Assembly (NCBI RefSeq): GCF_025837095.1 | Contig: NZ_CP107551.1 | Location: forward strand, 2,504,668-2,536,667 | DNA: 32,000 nt | Source of the DNA: Rhodococcus sacchari | GTDB lineage: Bacteria > Actinomycetota > Actinomycetes > Mycobacteriales > Mycobacteriaceae | Reading direction: 5' to 3' | Part shown: positions 20,611-27,595 of the stretch, one piece after another | How the letters are laid out: every line of letters begins with the position of its first letter | Numbering within the stretch: position 1 is the stretch's first letter | Program-made: the position numbers and the translations under genes | Notes under the pieces: model-generated | What the model saw: only the letters and a program-made list of their open reading frames with translations | Told to the model about the DNA's origin: nothing | The model's database searches: none

Positions 20611-22260
20611 GTGGTGCAACTCGTGCTCGGTCCCCTGCTCAGGCACGTGGGTACCACGGACGCCACGATCTGGGTCGAGACGTCCGAGCCGTGCACCGTG
20701 CGGGTGCTCGACCGTGCGGAACGGACGTGGACGGTCGCCGGGCATCACTACGCCGTCGTTCCCGTCGAGGATCTGGAACCCGGCACGATCTCGCCCTATC
20801 GCGTCGTTCTGGACGGGGAGGTCGCCTGGCCGGCGGCCGGGGAGGATCCGCCGCTGATCCGGACCCGCGCGACCGGCACGTCCGAGTTCGTCCTGGCGTT
20901 CGGATCGTGCCGGGTGGCGTCGACCTCGGACGACGAGGAACCCACGGAGATCTTCGGAACCGATGCTCTCCTCGCCTACGGCCGGCGTATGCGTTCCCGA
21001 CCTCCCGGCGACTGGCCGGACGCCCTTTTGCTGCTCGGTGACCAGGTGTACGCCGACGAGCTCTCCCCGGAGATGAAGCGGCGGGTCGGCGAACGGCACG
21101 ATCTGTCGGAGCCTCCGGGTGCGCAGGTCCGAAACTTCGAGGAGTACACCTGGCTCTACGCCCGGTCGTGGTCGGAACGCACCGTGCGGTGGCTGCTGTC
21201 GAACGTGCCGACGTCGATGATCTTCGACGACCACGACGTGCACGACGACTGGAACACCTCGTATTCGTGGCGGGCCGAGATGGAGGCCTCCCCGTGGTGG
21301 GAGGAACGCATCGTGGGCGCTCTTATGTCGTACTGGATCTATCAGCATCTCGGGAACCTCTCTCCGGGCGACCTCGCCGGCGACCGGCTCTACCAGCAGG
21401 TGCGGAACAGCACCGGTGACGCCGAGCCGATCCTCCGCGCCTTCGCCTCGGGCGCGGACGAGGAGGCGGACGGCGCCCCGGGCGCACGATGGTCCTATCG
21501 ACGGGACTTCGGGCCGGCGCGAATGCTGGTGATCGATTCGCGGTGCGGGCGTCTGCTCACATCCGACCGGCGGGAGATGGTGACCGATCCCGAGTTCGAC
21601 TGGATCGAGGAGCAGACCGTCGGCGACTACGACCATTTGCTGATCGGGACGTCACTGCCCTGGTTGCTTCCCCGGGCGATGCACGACATCGAAGTCTGGG
21701 ACGAGAAGCTCACTTCCGGTGCCCGCGGGCGGCGGTGGGCACTGTGGTCCGAGAAGCTCCGGCGCGCAGCTGATCTCGAGCACTGGTCGGCCTTCGGGGT
21801 CTCCTTCGAGCGGTTCACGCGGTTGCTGGCCGAGGTGGGTCGTGGTGGCCGTACCGGCCCGTCCGGTCGCGCCCCCGCGACGGTGTGTGTCCTGTCGGGG
21901 GACGTCCACCACGCATATGTGGCGCGGGCCCGGTTCGACGCACCTGTGCGGGCCGCGGTCTACCAGCTGACCTGTTCGCCCCTGCACAATCGTGTTCCTG
22001 CGGCGATCCGGGTGGCGTTCCGGGTCGCGTGGAGCCGGACGGCGGAGCGATGGGCGCGCGCCGTCCTCGGTGTGGTGACGGCGGTTCCACCGGTTTCCGT
22101 GTCGTGGCGCCGGGTCGCCGGTCCCACCTTCGGCAATCAGATCGCGACCCTCCGGATCCTGGGGCGCGCCGCCGACCTGGTGATCGAGCGCACCACACAC
22201 GCCGGCAGCCTCTTCGAAATCGTGGCCGAGCTGAGCCTTTCGGTTCCCGACGAGCCCTGA
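20611..22260 (+). CDS. PhoD-like (alkaline phosphatase D family) metallophosphatase, no signal peptide visible
   Basis: 549 aa. N-terminal beta-sandwich-like LGPLLRHVGTTDATIWVETSEPCTVRV. Metallophosphatase motifs FGSCR, LLLGDQVYADE, MIFDDHDVHDDWN, VLSGDVHHAY. GTG start. Confidence 0.78.
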   Translation: MVQLVLGPLLRHVGTTDATIWVETSEPCTVRVLDRAERTWTVAGHHYAVVPVEDLEPGTISPYRVVLDGEVAWPAAGEDPPLIRTRATGTSEFVLAFGSCRVASTSDDEEPTEIFGTDALLAYGRRMRSRPPGDWPDALLLLGDQVYADELSPEMKRRVGERHDLSEPPGAQVRNFEEYTWLYARSWSERTVRWLLSNVPTSMIFDDHDVHDDWNTSYSWRAEMEASPWWEERIVGALMSYWIYQHLGNLSPGDLAGDRLYQQVRNSTGDAEPILRAFASGADEEADGAPGARWSYRRDFGPARMLVIDSRCGRLLTSDRREMVTDPEFDWIEEQTVGDYDHLLIGTSLPWLLPRAMHDIEVWDEKLTSGARGRRWALWSEKLRRAADLEHWSAFGVSFERFTRLLAEVGRGGRTGPSGRAPATVCVLSGDVHHAYVARARFDAPVRAAVYQLTCSPLHNRVPAAIRVAFRVAWSRTAERWARAVLGVVTAVPPVSVSWRRVAGPTFGNQIATLRILGRAADLVIERTTHAGSLFEIVAELSLSVPDEP

Positions 22261-22422
22261 GTCTCCGGGTGGGGGTGTTGTGGGCACCCGAGCAAGAGGG
22301 GTTTCGGAAATCCTCGTATTCCGTGCGGTCCGTAATCCTTCCGGATCGGCGCATATTCCGGTATCGCCGGGGGTACCTGTGTCAGGGTTCGGAAAACGGA
22401 AGCCGACCACGGGAGGAAGCAC

Positions 22423-23463
22423 ATGCTCGTTCGGAGAATCGCGCGGCCCATGCTCGCGTCCATATTCATCGCCGGGGGCGTCGACGCCCTGCGCAAACCC
22501 GAGCCGAAGGCGGGTGCCGCGCAGCCCGGCCTCGATCAGGCGTTGAGCGCCCTGCCCGCCTCGGTCACCGACCGGCTGCCCAGCAGCCCCGAGACGCTCG
22601 TGCAGATCAACGCCGCGGTGCAGATCGGCGCCGGCGCGCTGCTCGCCCTCGGCAAGGCCCCGCGGCTCTCCGCGCTGGCCCTGGCCGGCACCCTCGTGCC
22701 GACCACCCTCGCCGGCCACGACTTCTGGAACGCCGACGACCCGGCCACCCGCGCGCAGCAACGCACCCAGTTCATCAAGAACGTCAGCCTCCTCGGTGGT
22801 CTGCTCATCGCCTCGGTGGACACCGAGGGCAAACCGTCGCTGGGCTGGCGTGGCCGCCGCGCCGCGCGCCGCGCGCAGCAGTCGGTCGCCGCGGTGCTGC
22901 CGGGCTCGTCGCCGGACCATCGGAGTGAGGCCCTGACGGAGGGTCTGCACACCGTCGCCGAGCGGGTGAAGGTCCTCGCCGACGAAGCCGGTGAGCAGGG
23001 CGGGCATCTGCTCGATGTGGCGAAGGAACGCGGACCCGAGCTGGCCGAGGTGGCCCGCGAGCGTGGCAGCGGTCTGCTGGAGGTCGCGCGGGATCGCGCG
23101 CCGGTCCTCGCCGAGCGGGCGCGGGAACGCGGCTCGGAGATCCTCGAGCTGGCCCGTGATCGCGCGCCGGAGCTCGCCGACGAGGCCCGCGGCCGCGGCA
23201 CCGAGCTGCTCGGTCTCGCCCGCGAACGCACCCCCGAACTCGCCGAGGTGGCCCGCGAGCGCGGCGCGAAGCTGTGGGACACCACCCTCGACCGCAGCGA
23301 GGAGTGGGCGAAGCTGGCCGAGGAGCGGTCCGCGCTCCTGAACGCGAAGGCGCTCGCCGCGGCGGAGAAGGCCCGGGCCCGCGCCGAGGAGGCCCGCAAG
23401 CAGGCCGAGAAGGCGGAGAAGAAGCTCGCCGCCAAGCTGGCGAAGCTGGAGAAGAAGAAGTAG
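22423..23463 (+). CDS. DoxX-family membrane domain fused to an 11-residue-repeat amphipathic region and a Lys/Ala-rich tail
   Basis: N-terminal ~135 aa (IARPMLASIFIAGGVDALRKPEPKA...QFIKNVSLLGGLLIASVD) resemble DoxX. Then come 11-mers such as ELAEVARERGS and GLLEVARDRAP. The C-terminus is AEKARARAEEARKQAEKAEKKLAAKLAKLEKKK. ATG is preceded by GGGAGGAAG. Confidence 0.78.
   Translation: MLVRRIARPMLASIFIAGGVDALRKPEPKAGAAQPGLDQALSALPASVTDRLPSSPETLVQINAAVQIGAGALLALGKAPRLSALALAGTLVPTTLAGHDFWNADDPATRAQQRTQFIKNVSLLGGLLIASVDTEGKPSLGWRGRRAARRAQQSVAAVLPGSSPDHRSEALTEGLHTVAERVKVLADEAGEQGGHLLDVAKERGPELAEVARERGSGLLEVARDRAPVLAERARERGSEILELARDRAPELADEARGRGTELLGLARERTPELAEVARERGAKLWDTTLDRSEEWAKLAEERSALLNAKALAAAEKARARAEEARKQAEKAEKKLAAKLAKLEKKK
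23005..23268 (+). repeat. coding tandem repeat, 8 x 33 nt (11-aa units)
   Basis: Units: HLLDVAKERGP, ELAEVARERGS, GLLEVARDRAP, VLAERARERGS, EILELARDRAP, ELADEARGRGT, ELLGLARERTP, ELAEVARERGA. Two more degenerate units follow. Confidence 0.85.
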
Positions 23464-23474
23464 CCGCCGGGCTC

Positions 23475-23542
23475 GTTCGCTACAAGGATGGCTGTTCGCT
23501 ACAGGAATTTACCTGTTGCGAACAGCCATCGTCGTAGCGGAT
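23475..23542. promoter_or_regulatory. 68-bp nested imperfect palindrome between the DoxX-fusion gene and the helD-like gene
   Basis: Core at 23487-23530: gatggctgttcgctacagg-aattta-cctgttgcgaacagccatc (19-bp arms, 1 mismatch, AT-rich centre). The outer arms extend to 31 nt with 26/31 complementary. The half-site GTTCGCTACA(A)GG also occurs as a direct repeat at 23475 and 23494. Confidence 0.6.
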
Positions 23543-23677
23543 GGGTCGCTGCGATGGTTCCGACCAGCCCTTCTGCGCGCACCCGGCCGGGGCGACTAGA
23601 CTTCTCGGGCACTTTCTCGGACGCACCGCTCGTGCGTCACGACCCCGATCTCGTTCAGCCCTACCCGAGGAGTTCAT

Positions 23678-25978
23678 GTGCCGCTCGATGGCGCGTCCCA
23701 TCCGGAGCTCGACCAGGAACAGGCCTACGTGTCGATGCTCTACACGCACCTCGACGGTCTGCGCGAGTACGCGAAGACCCGGCTGTCCCGCGTGCTGCGC
23801 GAGACCGGAGGGACGCCGCAGGCCCGCAGCGAACGCGAGTCGTACACCCACATGTACACCGAGGACATCGCCAAGTACGACGCCGCCGAGCACGGCCTGT
23901 GCTTCGGGCGCATCGACGTACAGGGCGGTGAGGACGGCAAGCACGCCGACGGTGAGGACGTCCGCTACATCGGCCGGCTCGGAATCCTCGACGAGAAGAA
24001 CGACTACGAGTCGTTGCTGCTGGACTGGCGCGCCCCGCAGGCCCGGCCCTTCTATCTCGCGACCCCCGCAGCCCCGGACGGGGTGGTGCGGCGCAGGCAC
24101 ATCCGCAGCCGCGGCCGGACGGTGACGGCGCTGCACGACGAGTACCTCGATCTCGACGCGGCGCTCGAGCACGGCGACACCCCCTCGGCGGGCGGGGTGG
24201 CCGGGGAGTCGGCGTTGCTGGCCGCGCTCAACGCCGCGCGCACGGGACAGATGCACGACATCGTGGCGACCATCCAGGCCGAGCAGGACGCGGTGATCCG
24301 GTCTGAGCACCGCAGCGTGCTGGTGGTGCAGGGCGGTCCGGGGACGGGCAAGACGGCGGTGGCGCTGCACCGCGCCGCCTACCTGCTCTACACCTACCGC
24401 AAGCAGCTCGCGAAGAGCGGTGTGCTCATCGTCGGCCCGAACTCACGGTTCCTCGACTACATCGGGCAGGTGCTGCCCTCGCTCGGTGAGACCGGTGTGC
24501 TGCTGTCCACCGTCGGCGAGCTGTATCCGGGGGTATCCCCCACCGTCGAGGACTCTCCGGAGGCCGGGGAGATCAAGGGTTCGCTCGACATGGTGAAGGT
24601 ACTGACGAAGGCGGTGCGCGACCGGCAGGAGGTGCCGCGCACCCCGATCCGGTTGAGCTTCGACACCTACGCGCTGAGCCTGGACCGCAAGATCGCGACG
24701 AAGGCGCGGGGGCGGGCACGGTCGTCGCGCCGGCCGCACAATCTGGCGCGGCCGATCTTCGTCAGCGGCGTGATCGAGGCGCTCGCCGATCAGCTGGCGG
24801 AGATCATCGGGTCGAATCCGCTCGGTGGCGCGAACCTGCTGAGCCGCGACGACCTCCACGACATCCGCTCGGAGATGCGCGCGGATCCGGGTATCGTCGC
24901 GGCGATCGACTCGCTGTGGCCGGAGCTGACCCCGCAGCAGGTGCTGTCGGATCTGCTCGCCTCCGAGGAGCGGCTCGCGTCGGCGGGACTGTCGGCGGAG
25001 GAGGTCGCGGCGCTGTACCGGCCCGACGCGTACGGGCAGTTCAGTGCGGCGGACGCTCCCCTGCTCGACGAGCTGGCCGAGCTGCTCGGTGTCGACGACG
25101 CGGCGGAGCGGGAACGCGCGAAGCGGCGGTGGCGCAAGCAGATCGCCGACGCGCAGGGGGCGCTCGACATCCTCACCGGCTCGGCGCCGCAGGATCTCGA
25201 GGACGATCTCGATCCGGAACTGCTCATGGCGTACGACCTGATCGACGCGACGCAGCTGGCCGAGCGGCAGAACCACCGCCGGCACGAGACCACCGCCGAG
25301 CGTGCCGCCGGGGACCGCACCTGGACCTACGGTCACGTGATCGTCGACGAGGCGCAGGAGCTGTCGGCGATGGCCTGGAGGACGATCATGCGGCGCATCC
25401 CGAACCGGTGGATGACCCTGGTGGGCGACACCGCGCAGACCGGGGATCCGGCGGGCACCGAGTCGTGGCAGGAGATCCTCGAGCCGTACGTCGCGAACCG
25501 GTGGCGGCGCACCGAGTTGACGGTGAACTACCGCACCCCCGCGGAGATCATGCGGATCGCGCACGCGGTGCTGGCGGAGATCGATCCCGAGCAGGTGCCG
25601 CCGCAGTCGGTGCGCGAGTCGGGTTTCGAGCCGTGGGCGCGGCAGGTGGACGAGGACGCGGTGCTCGAGGCGGTGCGGACCGCGCTCGAGGACGAGGACG
25701 GGCCGGGCACGACGGCGGTGCTCGCGCCGGCGCGGCTGGTGGCCGAGTGGGAGCATCTGGCGTCGCCGTCGGTGACGGTGGCGACCGTCAAGGACGTCAA
25801 GGGCCTGGAGTTCGACGCGGTGCTGCTCGTCGAACCGGCGGAGATCCTCGCCGATTCGTCCCGCGGCATGAACGACCTGTACGTGGCGTTGACCCGCGCG
25901 ACGCAGCGTCTCGGTGTGGTGCACTCGGCGCCGCTACCGGAGGTGCTGTCGGGCCTGCCCTCGGCGACGCACTGCTAG
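23678..25978 (+). CDS. helD: HelD/HelR-like RNA polymerase-associated UvrD-family ATPase (actinobacterial class II type)
   Basis: 766 aa. N-terminus ELDQEQAYVSMLYTHLDGLREYAKTRL...HGLCFGRID. Walker A LVVQGGPGTGKTAVALHRAAYLLY. Walker B/DExx region HVIVDEAQELS, then VGDTAQ, NYRTPAEI and a C-terminal KGLEFDAVLLVEP...LYVALTRATQRL. GTG is preceded by GAGGAG. Confidence 0.85.
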   Translation: MPLDGASHPELDQEQAYVSMLYTHLDGLREYAKTRLSRVLRETGGTPQARSERESYTHMYTEDIAKYDAAEHGLCFGRIDVQGGEDGKHADGEDVRYIGRLGILDEKNDYESLLLDWRAPQARPFYLATPAAPDGVVRRRHIRSRGRTVTALHDEYLDLDAALEHGDTPSAGGVAGESALLAALNAARTGQMHDIVATIQAEQDAVIRSEHRSVLVVQGGPGTGKTAVALHRAAYLLYTYRKQLAKSGVLIVGPNSRFLDYIGQVLPSLGETGVLLSTVGELYPGVSPTVEDSPEAGEIKGSLDMVKVLTKAVRDRQEVPRTPIRLSFDTYALSLDRKIATKARGRARSSRRPHNLARPIFVSGVIEALADQLAEIIGSNPLGGANLLSRDDLHDIRSEMRADPGIVAAIDSLWPELTPQQVLSDLLASEERLASAGLSAEEVAALYRPDAYGQFSAADAPLLDELAELLGVDDAAERERAKRRWRKQIADAQGALDILTGSAPQDLEDDLDPELLMAYDLIDATQLAERQNHRRHETTAERAAGDRTWTYGHVIVDEAQELSAMAWRTIMRRIPNRWMTLVGDTAQTGDPAGTESWQEILEPYVANRWRRTELTVNYRTPAEIMRIAHAVLAEIDPEQVPPQSVRESGFEPWARQVDEDAVLEAVRTALEDEDGPGTTAVLAPARLVAEWEHLASPSVTVATVKDVKGLEFDAVLLVEPAEILADSSRGMNDLYVALTRATQRLGVVHSAPLPEVLSGLPSATHC

Positions 25979-25999
25979 CCGGGCACCGCGGGAACGACG

Positions 26000-26036
26000 A
26001 CGGCCGCCGCATCGCGGGGTGCGGTGCGGCGGCCGT
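26000..26036. terminator. bidirectional hairpin between convergent helD-like and USP genes
   Basis: acggccgccgca (26000-26011) and tgcggcggccgt (26025-26036) form a 12-bp perfect stem with a 13-nt loop. There is no U-tract, which is common in GC-rich actinobacteria. Confidence 0.5.
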
Positions 26037-26054
26037 GGGTCCGTCGGTGGACGG

Positions 26055-26507
26055 TCAGCGCACGGTGTGCACGACCAGCACGTCGCAGGTGGCCTTGCGG
26101 GCGACATCCGAGGGCACGGAGCCGAGCAGGCGGCCGGTGAGGGTGTTCAGGCCCCGGTTGCCGGTGACGAGCAGGTCGGCGCCGACCTCCTCGACGAGGG
26201 TGAGCAGCGACTCGACGGGGGCACCGACGATGGGTCGTTCGGAGATCTTCTTGGCACCGGCGACGAGAGCCTTCTCCCGCGCGGTGCGCAGGATCTCGTA
26301 GGTGGGGGCGGAACCGGTGACCTGGTACGCCTCGTCCCGCAGCACGTCTGCGGCCTGCGCGGTCTCCTTGGGATCGGCGGGATAGTAGGCGCACGCGATC
26401 ACCAGTTCGGCGCCGGCGTCACCGGCGAGAGCAGCAGCCTTCTCCACGGCCCGATACGACGATTCGGAACCGTCGGTTCCGACGACTATGGTCCGGTAGG
26501 CGCTCAT
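26055..26507 (-). CDS. universal stress protein (UspA family; equivalent to M. tuberculosis Rv1636/TB15.3)
   Basis: MSAYRTIVVGTDGSESSYRAVEKAAALAG...LLVTGNRGLNTLTGRLLGSVPSDVARKATCDVLVVHT, with the USP ATP/cAMP-binding G-x2-G-x9-G(S/T) motif. ATG is preceded by GGAGGA. Confidence 0.93.
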   Translation of the reverse strand: MSAYRTIVVGTDGSESSYRAVEKAAALAGDAGAELVIACAYYPADPKETAQAADVLRDEAYQVTGSAPTYEILRTAREKALVAGAKKISERPIVGAPVESLLTLVEEVGADLLVTGNRGLNTLTGRLLGSVPSDVARKATCDVLVVHTVR

Positions 26508-26663
26508 TCATCCTCCATCGTGTGTGTGGTCCATCGGCGGCGCGTGCCGTCGAGGCTGCGACGGAGGACCTGTACCCTCCCCCGCCCTGCACTGGCGTAG
26601 ACAGTAGCGGCAGGACCGGCCCACGTGGGACGTTTGGGTCTCATCCCACAAACCGGTTGTTTG

Positions 26664-27536
26664 TTACCGTGCGTCACCGTAACGCGAGCCGAAGAGCCCG
26701 GCGGGGAACACCCCGGCATCGACGACGGCGTCCCGCCACGGAACCGCCAGGTCGAGCAGCCGTTCCACCCCATTGTCGCCGAGCGCCCGCCACGGCGCGG
26801 CGGCCAGGTCGTCGGTGAGATCCTCGACGAGTTCGCGGACCTCGAATCCTTCGCCGGTGAGCTCGCCCCGCTTGTTCAGCAGGCCGCGTTCGCGCAGGCC
26901 CTGCTCGGCCGCCGCCCAGTCGTCCCGCGACCAGCCGCGCAGCTTCCGCGCCGGTTCGGCGGCGAAGCCGATGCCGGTGGCGGTGTGGGTGATCAGGGCG
27001 TCGAGGCCGGAGAGCCCGGCGGTCTGCAGGGCGGCGATGTGCCCGTCGCCGCGGTACTCGCGCAGCAGGGTCAGGGCGTGCCACAGCCGCAGGTGGGCCT
27101 CCTCCGGCCAGGGCAGGTCGGCGTAGGCGGCGTAGAGGGGCCGCCCCTCCGGTCCGGGGATCGCGCGGGCGGAGGTGGCGGCGAGATCCGCGGCCTCGCC
27201 CATCTCGGCGGAGTCGACGACCTCCGGGCCGAGCACGCGCCGATAGACGGCGTCGATGCCGCGCAGCCGGGCCGCGGTGATCTCCGCCGGGCCGGCCTGC
27301 TCCCAGACGACCGGGACCGCGGAGGCGATCAGCCGCGGCGCGAAGTTGTAGAAGGTCGCGGTGACGACGCCGGGGCCGACAGGACCGAGCGGCGCCGAGC
27401 GCGCCCCGAAGTACTGGGCGGCCGGGCCGTCCACGCCGATCGCCGCGAGTTCCCGGGGGATCTCGGGTGCGAAGTAGGCCACCGAGTGCAGCAGTTCGAG
27501 TGCGCGGGCGGCACGCCCGGCCGATGAGGGCTCCAT
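26664..27536 (-). CDS. conserved actinobacterial hypothetical protein (290 aa)
   Basis: MEPSSAGRAARALELLHSVAYFAPEIPRELAAIGVDGPAAQYFGARSAPLG...LTLLREYRGDGHIAALQTAGLSGLDALITH...RGELTGEGFEVRELVEDLTD. Coding-like composition with coherent helical sequence. The track ORF (864 aa) is a run-on upstream into antisense uvrB. The family name is not confidently recalled. Confidence 0.7.
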   Translation of the reverse strand: MEPSSAGRAARALELLHSVAYFAPEIPRELAAIGVDGPAAQYFGARSAPLGPVGPGVVTATFYNFAPRLIASAVPVVWEQAGPAEITAARLRGIDAVYRRVLGPEVVDSAEMGEAADLAATSARAIPGPEGRPLYAAYADLPWPEEAHLRLWHALTLLREYRGDGHIAALQTAGLSGLDALITHTATGIGFAAEPARKLRGWSRDDWAAAEQGLRERGLLNKRGELTGEGFEVRELVEDLTDDLAAAPWRALGDNGVERLLDLAVPWRDAVVDAGVFPAGLFGSRYGDAR

Positions 27537-27595
27537 GGGAGGGGACCCTACCGACTTCCCTCGCCCGAGTCTGCGGCGCCGCCCGGGGCGAGCGG

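Noticed and set aside
22261-22422. Lower-GC spacer upstream of the DoxX-fusion gene with a tattccg direct repeat (about 22316 and 22354) as a riboswitch or operator
   Set aside because: I could not fold it by eye into a convincing conserved structure or match any known motif. The evidence is too weak to report as a feature.
23488-23931. 147-aa ORF starting inside the palindrome (MAVRYRNLPVANSH...), and the mirror 6-codon ORF on the other strand
   Set aside because: The ATG is created by the palindrome itself. The frame then runs out of phase into helD with non-protein-like sequence. There is no Shine-Dalgarno sequence.
9372-26054. Calling the accessory block a genomic island or mobile element
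   Set aside because: There is no integrase, transposase, tRNA attachment site or flanking direct repeats visible. It is reported only as a synteny break.
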